This document shows positions 9,757 through 19,426 of a stretch of DNA of 64,000 nucleotides, one piece after another. This stretch comes from an uncultured Pseudomonadota bacterium (lineage in GTDB: Bacteria; Oederibacteriota; Muellerivitia; Muellerivitales; Muellerivitaceae). The notes under the pieces were generated by a model, which was not told the DNA's origin, made no database searches, and saw only the letters and a program-made list of their open reading frames with translations. The number at the start of each line of letters is the position of its first letter. The first letter of the stretch is position 1. The DNA lies in NCBI GenBank assembly GCA_963843375.1, contig CAWJKT010000004.1, positions 32,001 to 96,000 of the forward strand. Reading direction: 5' to 3'. The translations under genes were made by a program, and so were the position numbers.

Positions 9757-10632
9757 TTGGGAACATTGATGATTTCCCGTTCAATTACCGCCGCTGATAT
9801 TACTCAGTACCTTCAGGACCGGGATGATTTCGATCTTGAACTGTTCGCTCACCGATCATTGCGCGAAAGGGGGTGGGTAACCGCGCTTGGTGGAAGTTAC
9901 CTTGATCCGTTGCAGCCAGGGAAACTGCGGCAATTCGACGTGCGGGGACGACAACAGTTCAACGCCCGCGAGCGCGTGAAAATATTGCGAGAAGTTTATC
10001 TTGCCGTCGAGTGCAAGAGCCTTTCGCCAGAGTTTCCACTTGTAGTTTCGCGAGTTCCCCGGTCGGATATGGAGAATTCCCACGACGTCATCAAGCGTTG
10101 GCATCGTGAGGTACTAAACGATACGGCGTTTGGTGTGCTGAGCACCGGCCCCGAGACGATCCAGCTCTACGCGGCTTCGCAAATGGTGGGCAAATCTGCC
10201 ACGCAGATTCGTTGGCACGAGAACGGAAAGAAGTTAATAGCCTCCGATGCGGAGGGGTACGATAAGTGGTCCCAGGCGATGGCTTCTGCGTCAGAACTTG
10301 TGGATTCAGCTGCTAAGAACCCGCCGGACCCATCAGACCCTACCTTTGCCTTTGTTATGCCGGTGCTCCTTGTAAACGACGGCACGCTATGGGTTGTTGA
10401 CTATGCCGATGATGGCGTACGTCAGGAACCCACTATGGTGAACGATGCGCTTTTGTGGGTAGATCGAGAAGTCAAAATTGCAGGTAGGTACGAGACGAGC
10501 AGCTATCACCTGAGCCATCTGCACATTTACACGCGAAAGGGTTTCACAACTTTCCTAGATCAAATCGGGTCGCCGGGATCGATGCTATTGGAACGCATCT
10601 TCGGGTCGGTTGTTGCTAGAGAACTTAGTTAG
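9757..10632 (+). CDS. Hypothetical protein, PD-(D/E)xK nuclease-like
   Basis: FDLELF...RQFDVRG...LAVECKS. Confidence 0.6.
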   Translation: MGTLMISRSITAADITQYLQDRDDFDLELFAHRSLRERGWVTALGGSYLDPLQPGKLRQFDVRGRQQFNARERVKILREVYLAVECKSLSPEFPLVVSRVPRSDMENSHDVIKRWHREVLNDTAFGVLSTGPETIQLYAASQMVGKSATQIRWHENGKKLIASDAEGYDKWSQAMASASELVDSAAKNPPDPSDPTFAFVMPVLLVNDGTLWVVDYADDGVRQEPTMVNDALLWVDREVKIAGRYETSSYHLSHLHIYTRKGFTTFLDQIGSPGSMLLERIFGSVVARELS

Positions 10633-10685
10633 ACTAACTTCTCGCGAGAACCGCGACGGCTCCATGACTCGATAATCGCGTTTAA

Positions 10686-10982
10686 TCAGCCCTCGAGTAC
10701 CCGCCCTGTCAGGGCTTGGGCGTCATCGACAATGGCGTCGGACACTTCCGGGAATTCGCACACCTCCACGCGTCTTTCGCCTCCCTCAATCTTGGAGATG
10801 TAGGACCGGCTGCGGTTGAGTTTTGCGGATAGCTCCCACCGTGAGAGCCTAGCAGGCTTCCGGGCAAGTGATCCTCGAATTGGATCTCGTGCGAGATACC
10901 GGCGAATTGCGGCAAAGTAGTCGTCGCTGGACCGTTGGCCACCCTTACCTGCCCTTTTGCGCATCCTGCGGTGAGGTGGCAC
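10686..10982 (-). pseudogene. Degenerate XRE-family HTH regulator
   Basis: LSRWELSAKLNRSRSYISKIEGGERRVEVCEF; N-terminus poorly formed. Confidence 0.55.
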
Positions 10983-11537
10983 TCCATTATTTTTCTATTC
11001 TTCGGAGCGCCGAAATGGGCGCAATCCCGATGTCGATTATTAATCGACTCCAAAAAGTGGAAGATGGTGTCACCTGGCACAGTTACGGGCAGCCGCCACG
11101 GACCCTTGCGCATAGATGTCGGTTTGCTACCTTCAGCGCGTATCCGACAACTGAGGCAAATATCATGAATGCGATCAGCGCCAAGTGCGGCCACGTGAAG
11201 CGTCGGCTCAACAAGAATTGGCCACTGACCGAAGAGCTCCTGGCGTTCGCGCTCTCTGTCGTCGAACCGGCTGCAGTGAACGACGAATTCTCAAAGTTCT
11301 GCGCCGGCATTGCGGGCAAGTTGAGAAAGGGAACACCGCTCGGCAACTACGAACACCACATCATGGTCAACGTCCTGCTGCTGCACGTACGCCTGAGTAG
11401 CGGCGGAGCCGGCGCGCATCCATCCGTAGATCGCGGGAAAGATGTCACCGGGCCCGCAGACTCCGGGGCTACCAAACCTGCCTAGAATCGTCCGTCTCAC
11501 TCACCGATAGGGAGAGCTCTTTAGGTAATGTTCAGTT

Positions 11538-11591
11538 GCCCTCGGTTTTCGTTGATTTGTAAGGGCTATCAACCCCTTTTCTCACGGCAGG
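11538..11591 (+). repeat. Degenerate partial junction repeat (A0)
   Basis: GCCCTCG..TCGTTGATTTGTAAGG....TTTCTCACGGCAGG is colinear with the junction consensus up to the anticodon stem. Confidence 0.7.
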
Positions 11592-11606
11592 AATCTTTTT
11601 GGCGAC

Positions 11607-11638
11607 CCCTGCTCTCGGACGGCAGGGTCGGCTCACCG
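11607..11638 (+). repeat. Repeat B copy 1
   Basis: CCCTGCTCTCGGACGGCAGGGTCGGCTCACCG. Confidence 0.9.
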
Positions 11639-11659
11639 GGTCGGGCAGCCTGAGCCTAA

Positions 11660-12340
11660 TTACCTGCGCTTCCTTAATTTCCGACTTTTGTCCCTATGTT
11701 CCTTCGCATCACCTTGCGCGGCGGACCTAGCCGAAGCTGACATCACCGCCTCAGACATTCCAAGTGCTCGGGCAATCAATTCCCGCATCGCGTACAAGCG
11801 CGCCGCTTTCTCCTTCTGCGTCCAATTGAAAATCCCTTCTCCAAACAGAAAAAGAGATCCGGCCATGATGAATTGCACCGTCGAAAGCGCGTCCTTCACG
11901 TTGAAGACTCCTGCCTCTCGACCTTCCTCAACGATTCCAGCAAAAATCGGCCCCAGCACACGCACGGTTTCCACGTTGCTCCGATCATGCAACTCGCGAT
12001 TGACAGATGAGTGCAGATCCTCCACCACGCCCGCATTGCTATTCGCTAAACGCGAAAGCTCCGCAAAGATAGACTGGAACTTTTCGACCGGTCCCAGCTT
12101 TTGATCGCTGGCAATCGAACGAGACCGTTCTGCCATCGCTTCTACCAACTGCGTGGCGAGCGCTTCAAGGACCGCCTCCTTGGTGCGAAAGTAGTAATAG
12201 AACGTCCCCTTCGCGACTCCAGCCTCACGTACTATCTCTTCGACAGAGGTGTTCGAGTAACCAAGACGGCGAAAGAGCATATTTGCGATTTCCAGAATTT
12301 CGGCCCGCCGCACCGCTGGAGCTTTGACCGTTCTGCTCAT
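11660..12340 (-). CDS. TetR/AcrR-family regulator
   Basis: GYSNTSVEEIVREAGVAKGTFYYYF. Confidence 0.92.
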   Translation of the reverse strand: MSRTVKAPAVRRAEILEIANMLFRRLGYSNTSVEEIVREAGVAKGTFYYYFRTKEAVLEALATQLVEAMAERSRSIASDQKLGPVEKFQSIFAELSRLANSNAGVVEDLHSSVNRELHDRSNVETVRVLGPIFAGIVEEGREAGVFNVKDALSTVQFIMAGSLFLFGEGIFNWTQKEKAARLYAMRELIARALGMSEAVMSASARSAAQGDAKEHRDKSRKLRKRR

Positions 12341-12343
12341 GGC

Positions 12344-13210
12344 CTAGCGAGTTCCCGAGAGCCGAGGAGGATTCGCCGTATGCAGGCTCGAAGTCTCGGA
12401 GAAAAACAGTTGGCGATTCTTCATGACGACGACTGCTGCGACGATGATCAAAATGCCTGTCTGAATTAGCTTAGTGCGAGGATGAGGAGAAAACAGCTCG
12501 TTGAAGAACCCGGAGGTCACGTGAAACAGTGCCGCAATCCATATGTTCCTTGCGGCCCGGGTGTAAAGCCAATTCATCAGAAAGACGACGGGAAAAATGC
12601 TGACCGGGAAGTTAACCAGCTCCCAAATTCCGGTCTTCATCAAATTGCTATGGTAGTAGCCATCGACCAGCACTAAGGGTGCATGCCAGATACCCCAAAA
12701 CGTGGAGAAAATTATGCAGGTGGCAAAGAGAGTGAACCGGCGGCGGAGAGTATCGGTGCCGTAGGTATGCCAGGCCATCTCCTCGATGACGGGTACGACG
12801 AGCAGAACTGCCCATGTCGACACCACTCCCGAAGTAAAGGACGGCGTAGTCGCGATGCGAAACTGCGAAGCGTCGTAACCAAAGAGTAGCGAGATAAAGA
12901 TGGCGAGTAGGATACTTGCCGGCATGAGCCCCAGAGCCAATAGCCAATACACCGGCTTTGCGGCAGAGATATTGCGGAGACGGCGGCAACAGTCAGACCT
13001 GAGATGCCGATCTGCACCTATCATGGTGAAGGCCACGAACATCGGCGCAACGATTCCGAGAAGTCCGAAAAGACTCAATAGAGCCGCGAGCCGCGGCGAA
13101 GGCGCCACCCGATGACTGATCCATATGGCCCCGAGCCAAAAGGCCCAAGGAATGGCGGTGGATAGGCCATAAAAGAGCCACGGTCGACGGTAATGATCCA
13201 AAGGAGCCAT
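12344..13210 (-). CDS. CPBP (CAAX/Abi) intramembrane metalloprotease
   Basis: IEEMAW, WGIWHAP, ALFH motifs; multiple TM segments. Confidence 0.88.
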   Translation of the reverse strand: MAPLDHYRRPWLFYGLSTAIPWAFWLGAIWISHRVAPSPRLAALLSLFGLLGIVAPMFVAFTMIGADRHLRSDCCRRLRNISAAKPVYWLLALGLMPASILLAIFISLLFGYDASQFRIATTPSFTSGVVSTWAVLLVVPVIEEMAWHTYGTDTLRRRFTLFATCIIFSTFWGIWHAPLVLVDGYYHSNLMKTGIWELVNFPVSIFPVVFLMNWLYTRAARNIWIAALFHVTSGFFNELFSPHPRTKLIQTGILIIVAAVVVMKNRQLFFSETSSLHTANPPRLSGTR

Positions 13211-13257
13211 CTGTGAACGTCATAAGCATGGCGCTACGGCCAGCAGCCACCCTATCA

Positions 13258-13274
13258 ACTGACCGACGGTCAGT
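13258..13274. promoter_or_regulatory. Putative TetR operator
   Basis: Palindrome ACTGACCG-A-CGGTCAGT upstream of the CPBP-tetR operon. Confidence 0.65.
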
Positions 13275-13392
13275 CAATTCTGCGGCGCGATTGGATGATT
13301 ATTTGCAATGCCAGGAGTGGGCCGGCGATTAACCATTCGGTCTCACCGCATTGACTTCCCGGGCGCTATCCAGGCGGGCGCAGTCGATAAAG

Positions 13393-13935
13393 TTACTTGT
13401 ATGGCTGCCCGATCATCAGGCTAGGGTGATAGGGATCAATTGAAACCGAACCCGCTTCGAGATCGAGTTCAAGAATGTAATGAGACCCCGACTTTGCATT
13501 GAAGGCACCTATTTTTCTCCAGGTCGTTCCTTCCTCGTTCGCATTGCGCGCCCAGTCCCACGCACCAGCGGGCGCAGATCCGGTGTCGACCAGCCGACCC
13601 GACTGCCGCAATTTCCATTTGACTGCGCCGAGCGGGGGCGCTGCGGCTCTGCAGCGTTCGGCCGTCACGGGCGCTGAGGTGAGAGCCAAGCAGGTCGAAC
13701 CGTCTAATCGCCGGGTCCCTACACCGATCATGATTCGATAATCTTGCGTATCTGGAATTTGAAATTCGCGAGTCTGAAAATATCCGGTAGACGGCGACAG
13801 CGGTACCTGAAATGGTGCATAGAAGCGACGTTCTTGATACGTCATGGCGGCGGTCACGGCTGCGATGGCAGCCACGGCGATGAGGGCGCGTGTGATAGGG
13901 GTCTTATGGTTCAGGGCCCGGTCAATTAATGACAT
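13393..13935 (-). CDS. Hypothetical exported/membrane-anchored protein
   Basis: 180-aa ORF with N-terminal hydrophobic helix. Confidence 0.6.
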   Translation of the reverse strand: MSLIDRALNHKTPITRALIAVAAIAAVTAAMTYQERRFYAPFQVPLSPSTGYFQTREFQIPDTQDYRIMIGVGTRRLDGSTCLALTSAPVTAERCRAAAPPLGAVKWKLRQSGRLVDTGSAPAGAWDWARNANEEGTTWRKIGAFNAKSGSHYILELDLEAGSVSIDPYHPSLMIGQPYK

Positions 13936-14088
13936 GCGATGTGTGCCTCTTAGGACGCCATCCAGGTGACGAAGTTTGGGTCAAAATTGCTCGTTGTCTA
14001 AGTGCTGACGGGCGTCATGGCCGTCTCCGTCCGAGATGCTCGCTCTTGCCTGTCATTGATCAGGCACGGTCAGTCGACGTTGACGGGA

Positions 14089-14508
14089 CTAAAAGCACGC
14101 ACCCGCAAGTCCGCAACCTGCCGCAAGCAGCGCGAATGGGCATAGGCACGAGATCACCATGCCGCTGGCGAAGGAGAGCCAACGACCCGCCCGGGCGTTG
14201 ATCACGAAATGTCGTGATATCTGTGCGACCGCAGCGCAGGCAAGAAAGGGCCAGACAAGGAAACCTAGGAGCAGGATAGATCCCCGATACGCGAGAAACC
14301 GCTGTAAGGCAGATTCCGGCGGACCTCCGGTCCGAACAAGCGCATAAACCAAAAGACCGACGCAAACTAATGTGAGGATCGCAGCGATCAGGAGCACGCC
14401 GCCGTGCAGCCGTCGTCGAGCAGCCCACTGTGCCAGTACCCAGAGGACGCCGGCGCTGGCCGCCACCCAAACTGTATAGAACCAAGCAAGCTGCGTCAGG
14501 CTGGTCAT
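14089..14508 (-). CDS. Hypothetical membrane protein
   Basis: About four TM segments. Confidence 0.6.
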   Translation of the reverse strand: MTSLTQLAWFYTVWVAASAGVLWVLAQWAARRRLHGGVLLIAAILTLVCVGLLVYALVRTGGPPESALQRFLAYRGSILLLGFLVWPFLACAAVAQISRHFVINARAGRWLSFASGMVISCLCPFALLAAGCGLAGACF

Positions 14509-14690
14509 CGTTAGGAGGCCAGATCTGTCCGTATCAACGATCTGTTTGGTGCCGGTTCAAATTGGCGATCGGTGCTGCTATTCTACTAATTAGAACATCG
14601 ATTCTGTTTTCTCGTCAAGATGTGTGATGGGTGATTACCCATGATTGATCCCCTGCCGCTTTTTCCACCAATGCAACACCTGCGGTCAAC

Positions 14691-14990
14691 GTGCGAACTC
14701 TCTCCATAGCATCGATGTCGTTGACGATCTTGATCGCGACCGGGTCAATCGCGGCGAGCGTGACCAGCGTCAAAACGGAGCCTTCTGGGACTTTCAACAG
14801 AAAGACGCAGTATAGAGTCGAGTGCGCGGCTGAGGATGAAACGAGGGCTCCGTGCAAGGCTGCACTCACGAATACGTGCCCCAATGGACACACGATGACC
14901 GGTTATGACGACCAAGTGGTACTAACCGGTCCCCCGAATGGTCCGTATAAGGTCGCCCCGCGATATCTTTACTTCGTCTGCACGCGGTAG
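14691..14990 (+). CDS. Small secreted Cys-containing protein
   Basis: Signal peptide-like N-terminus, four Cys. Confidence 0.55.
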   Translation: MRTLSIASMSLTILIATGSIAASVTSVKTEPSGTFNRKTQYRVECAAEDETRAPCKAALTNTCPNGHTMTGYDDQVVLTGPPNGPYKVAPRYLYFVCTR

Positions 14991-15179
14991 CTGGTCCGCC
15001 GACCGAAAAAGGCGCTCAGCGATGGAAGATACCTGGCGGGAGAAGCGGTGATTGAGGTCATACGACTTGCTGATCCGGCGCGGACGCAGACGTTACTTGC
15101 GCCGAATCGCCGCTTGTCGTGTGAGGTTCCTGAAGTGGCAATTGACCACCGACGACGGAACAGTTGGTAGGGGAATAGA

Positions 15180-15863
15180 ATGGCGATGACGCAGCAAGCG
15201 CGGCTTATATTTCTGGTGCTGATGCTGGGTCCCCCTACGCAGGCCACATTCGCACAAGGCAATTCGGCATTCGCCAGAGTGGTTTCTGATCCTCGCGAAC
15301 AAGAGATGGTTATTAGCGCCGCTAAACGCTCGAACGTTGTCGTCGAGAGTCCGTGCGATGATGCACATTACAGCATCGCCAATCAGTTCTCGATCTTCGA
15401 GCCGCTCATGTTTGACGACGCTGGGACTCTGCGCTCCGGTATTTGGAAGCAGGTGATCAATTATGCAGGTTGCGGAGCTACGCGAATTTTGAACGTACTG
15501 GTGTCGGTAGCAGCTGGATCGCGTCCGAATGCCCGTCCATTGTTGCCGGGCACTACGCACGCCGACCCCCAATTGCAGATCGACGTGTTCAGATCGCCAG
15601 CCATGCAGATACAAATACAGCGCTGGCGCGACCCCACTTGTACCAAGGTCTACGTCGCGGACACCGCGTTCGTGAATCGGGAGGCCGAAACTCTTCCGGG
15701 AGCAAAAGAATCGAGCTGGCGCGAGGTGTGGACCGTGGCTGCGTGCGATCGCAAGGAATCCATGCCGGTAACTTTTGCGCCTGATTCGACTGGCTCGTCC
15801 TTTACGCTAACGCCAGGCTCGACGGACCAGGATAAGCCTGGCAACTCTGTAGGTCGGCCCTAA
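15180..15863 (+). CDS. Hypothetical secreted protein
   Basis: Signal peptide; internally repeated W(K/R)(Q/E)V...C motif. Confidence 0.65.
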   Translation: MAMTQQARLIFLVLMLGPPTQATFAQGNSAFARVVSDPREQEMVISAAKRSNVVVESPCDDAHYSIANQFSIFEPLMFDDAGTLRSGIWKQVINYAGCGATRILNVLVSVAAGSRPNARPLLPGTTHADPQLQIDVFRSPAMQIQIQRWRDPTCTKVYVADTAFVNREAETLPGAKESSWREVWTVAACDRKESMPVTFAPDSTGSSFTLTPGSTDQDKPGNSVGRP

Positions 15864-15924
15864 CAAGGGATCTACTGCTTTTCTGAAGGCGGACGCTGGC
15901 GACTGGGGTCACGGTCTATGTCGT

Positions 15925-16096
15925 TGGGACAATCTGGGACAGTCAGCCCATGACGCCAAATGACATCGAATGACATCCCGTGACGCCAAGTGACTGTTGC
16001 GCTTGGCCCTACGCCTCGCATATGGTTGATCTGTAAGGCCCTGACCACCGTTTCACACGGCAGGGGTCACAGGTTCAAGCCCTGTACCGCCCACCA
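15925..16096 (+). repeat. Junction repeat A1 (att-like; tRNA core 16051-16096)
   Basis: TGGGACAATCTGGGACAG + 5 TGAC at 10-bp spacing + exact copy of 865-910. Confidence 0.97.
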
Positions 16097-16370
16097 TCCA
16101 ACACTTTGAAAACAAATGGTTTTCCGCGTTTGTGGGCCAAAACCTTGAACCCAGAAACAGGGATTTGCGAGAATTCCAAGGTCAACCACGTACCGCAACT
16201 CTCTGGTAGGTGCTTCGGCATTCGAGCACGTCCCACTACTCCCGACGGGATTCGGTTCGCGATCCTCAGGACACTCCTGGCAGGTGAACTCCCGCCAAAA
16301 CAGGCGATCACGCGAACACTCTCACCGAAAGAAGTTGCCTTTCATTCTCCTCGATGCATACTGAATGCAT

Positions 16371-16646
16371 ATGGAGATCGAGTGGGATGCAGCCAAGGCA
16401 GCCACCAACTTTACGAAGCATGGCGTCCGCTTCGAGGAAGCCGCAACTACACTCCTTGACCCAATGGCACTCGCCCAAGAAGACACGATCTCTCGAGGCG
16501 AGGCCCGCTGGATACTGATCGGCATGAGCGCCAGCACGCGATTGTTGACCGTCGTTTACACATTGCGGAAAGAGGACACGATTCGTCTCATCTCCGCCCG
16601 TAAGACCACACGCAAAGAGGCCGCTGACTATGCGCAAGCAGTATGA
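16371..16646 (+). CDS. brnT: BrnT-family toxin
   Basis: MEIEWDAAKAATNFTKHGVRFEEA...IRLISARK. Confidence 0.92.
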   Translation: MEIEWDAAKAATNFTKHGVRFEEAATTLLDPMALAQEDTISRGEARWILIGMSASTRLLTVVYTLRKEDTIRLISARKTTRKEAADYAQAV

Positions 16647-16896
16647 TTTCTCGAAGGCGAAGCGCGCCAAGGATGTCCCACACCTCGCGCGCCTCCAGGC
16701 ACAGGCCAAGGGTAAGACCCGCATCACCATCATGCTGGACAACGACCTGCTGATGACTTTTCGCGCCAAGGCGGAATCAGAGGGAACGGGATACCAGACA
16801 CTAATCAATCAGGCATTGCGTCGGGCTACCGGACCTGACTCGGTGGATGAGGCAACCTTGCGCCGTATTCTCCGCGAGGAATTAAAGGCTGGCTGA
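16630..16896 (+). CDS. brnA: BrnA-family antitoxin
   Basis: YDFSKAKR...ITIMLDND...GYQTLINQALR. Confidence 0.9.
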   Translation: MRKQYDFSKAKRAKDVPHLARLQAQAKGKTRITIMLDNDLLMTFRAKAESEGTGYQTLINQALRRATGPDSVDEATLRRILREELKAG

Positions 16897-17093
16897 GTCA
16901 GTGCGCCATCGATACGCCCGGTGCTTTGTGATGGCCGCTTGCCTCGGGGCGGCCCCGATAATCCAAAGTGGACATGGAGCGGGTAATGACGACTCGCGAC
17001 TCGTCGAGATGAAACCTGAGTAGCTGGCGCCTGCGAGTCAGAAACGTACCTTGGCATGCCATAACTTTCACACAGCCGGAATCGGTTTACGAC

Positions 17094-17126
17094 CCCTGCT
17101 CTCGGACGGCAGGGGCGGCCCAACCG
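17094..17126 (+). repeat. Repeat B copy 2
   Basis: CCCTGCTCTCGGACGGCAGGGGCGGCCCAACCG. Confidence 0.9.
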
Positions 17127-17224
17127 AGAAACTTGCGATTGTTACTGGCGCTCGGAAAGAATAGCCTCAACCCGTCACTCAGACAGTCACAATTGATTCC
17201 ACGCGCAGGTCATTCAAGGATCGC

Positions 17225-17728
17225 ATGAAGTCGCTTCTGGCAATCGGACTGGCGGTGCTCGCCTCAGGAGCTCAGGTCAGCCTAGCGACGACTCCCGAGT
17301 GCGAGGGCTCGCCGTTCACTCTGCAGGGTCAGTACTTAGAAATCGTGAAAAGCGCCGTCGCGCAATCCCCGATCGCATTTCAGCGCGAAGTAGTCGCCGT
17401 AGATCCACCAATTCCGAGTGCAGCCACACCTCTGCCGAGCGTCATGCAGTGGTCAAAATTTGCAGTTGATCAGAACATTTCCTTTAGAGTGCTGCGTCAG
17501 TGGAAGGGACCATATCACGTCGGTGAAGTCGTAAATCTCACTGTTAGAGTCGCGCAAGTGTGTGGTGGCATTCCTTGCATACCTACATTTAAGATTGGCG
17601 ATGTCACGCTTTTGCTATCTCTCAAATCTTTGCCAAGTTATTCTGAAGGCTGCTGGGTGTACGAAGGTGTGGCGATTAACAGCGTGCTATCAGTGCCCAC
17701 GGCTCTGACATCCGGAAGCCGCCACTGA
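17225..17728 (+). CDS. Hypothetical secreted protein
   Basis: Signal peptide, AAGGA RBS. Confidence 0.65.
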   Translation: MKSLLAIGLAVLASGAQVSLATTPECEGSPFTLQGQYLEIVKSAVAQSPIAFQREVVAVDPPIPSAATPLPSVMQWSKFAVDQNISFRVLRQWKGPYHVGEVVNLTVRVAQVCGGIPCIPTFKIGDVTLLLSLKSLPSYSEGCWVYEGVAINSVLSVPTALTSGSRH

Positions 17729-17831
17729 GGGGACGCGGCTTAAGTAGGCTGCCGCCGGAGTTCCACCATACCGTTCTCAACGAATAGTGCTTATCACCAG
17801 TCGCCGCTTGAAGTGAGATTGCCGTAAAGGG

Positions 17832-18758
17832 TTGAGTTTCCACAACGCAGGGACCGCTGCCATGCCGTCACGCTCGATCCAATGGACGCTCCTTCTCTGG
17901 CTCTACGTCATCATCCCTGGGTACGCCGCAGCAATCGAACCTGTCCGTGCTGGACAAGATTCCTTCGTATCACGAGCAATCTTCTTCAATTCGCAGTTGT
18001 GGATCCTAACCGACGCCGGGCTGCTTTCGAGCATCACGGAGGGCGCCGACCAACAAGTCGACGTTCCTCTTCCTGCGCCCGCTCTCGATCTGTGGACTCA
18101 GGATGGCGCACCTGCGGTTCTTACCGGCGTGCGCAACGGTTCATCGTGGACTGTGCGTCAATGGAGTCATGGTGAGTGGAGCGCTACCGCCACCGTTTCA
18201 GTGAATGCAGACAGATTTATCGGCGTTGCTCCCTCACCAGGAGCCGTCACGATCCTTACCTCGAATCGGCTGATCGAAATTGTCGGTGGAAGTCAACGAA
18301 GCCTGGCACTGGTATGGCCCGCCAAGCCACTTGGTGCAGTCACGTCCGTCGCAGCAATCCGCGGCAGCCTGCTCGTTGGATTCAATGCGGGTGAGTGGGG
18401 CGGTGGTTTGAGGCGGATTGGCAGACCAAACAATCAGATCTCCATTGTCGAAAACAGGAGCGGAGATTCAATCTGCGGTGGACTGTTGAACACAGACTGC
18501 GACCCGGTAAATGGAATCGCCGTTGAACCATGGCAGAAGGATTGTGCGGCGATCACCATTGGCCTTGTTCATTTCATGACCCGCGGCGGCATCGTTGAGG
18601 TTTGCGGAGATACGGTGAAGCGCCTGTACAGCCGCTCGTCCGGGGGCGACCGGATCTCCACCGTACCGTTCTTCGGAATCGTGACAGCGAATTCCAATCT
18701 CGCGGCCGTGGGTGCCGATGGCATTTATAAGGTCGCGCCTGACGGCGTTGAAAAGTGA
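17832..18758 (+). CDS. Hypothetical secreted beta-rich protein
   Basis: Signal peptide, GFNAGEWGGGL motif; may be truncated at the 3' end. Confidence 0.65.
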   Translation: MSFHNAGTAAMPSRSIQWTLLLWLYVIIPGYAAAIEPVRAGQDSFVSRAIFFNSQLWILTDAGLLSSITEGADQQVDVPLPAPALDLWTQDGAPAVLTGVRNGSSWTVRQWSHGEWSATATVSVNADRFIGVAPSPGAVTILTSNRLIEIVGGSQRSLALVWPAKPLGAVTSVAAIRGSLLVGFNAGEWGGGLRRIGRPNNQISIVENRSGDSICGGLLNTDCDPVNGIAVEPWQKDCAAITIGLVHFMTRGGIVEVCGDTVKRLYSRSSGGDRISTVPFFGIVTANSNLAAVGADGIYKVAPDGVEK

Positions 18759-18964
18759 GTCCACTTCCCCAGTTTCAGCGAATTGGGCACGTGTCAGTAA
18801 GCTTCGCGGTACCTCACGTGGTTTTGCTCCTGACTGACGTCAATCAGCGGCGTAGTGTCAGCGGCAGCGTCCCAATGATTGTGGCCAGGTAAAGCGCGCG
18901 TCTTCGTCGCAGCAGAGCCGACGTTCTTAGCCGATGATTTTGGTTCAAGAGCCATCTTTGTCGC

Positions 18965-19135
18965 TGGGACAATTTGGGACAGTCAGCTCGTGACGCCGAA
19001 TGACATCGAATTACATCGCGTGACGCCAAGTGACTGTTGCGCTTGGCCCACGCCTCGCATATGGTTGATCTGTAAGGCCCCGACCACCGTTTCACACGGC
19101 AGGGGTCACAGGTTCAAGCCCTGTACCGCCCACCA
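18965..19135 (+). repeat. Junction repeat A2 (core 19090-19135)
   Basis: Same structure as A1; exact 46-bp tRNA core. Confidence 0.97.
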
Positions 19136-19426
19136 TAAAAAATCCCTTGATTGTCAGGTAATTGCCGCGCAATTGGGGCAGCATAGGCCCGCCTCGGTTT
19201 TGGCCGTACGGACACCAGTACGAATTTTTTCGGGCAATTCGTAGAGTTCCGCGCCCCAAAATTGAGCGAGCCAGTGGCGCCAATGCGGACGCGCTCACCG
19301 TCCCCACGGGGACCCATGAACTCGCGCGCACGTCCCTGCCTAGAGATCGATCGATTCGGTTTCGATTCTCGCGCAAGCGAGAAGCCCGCCCAGAGGCGAC
19401 CCGAGGGGCGAAATTAGTTCGCCAAT

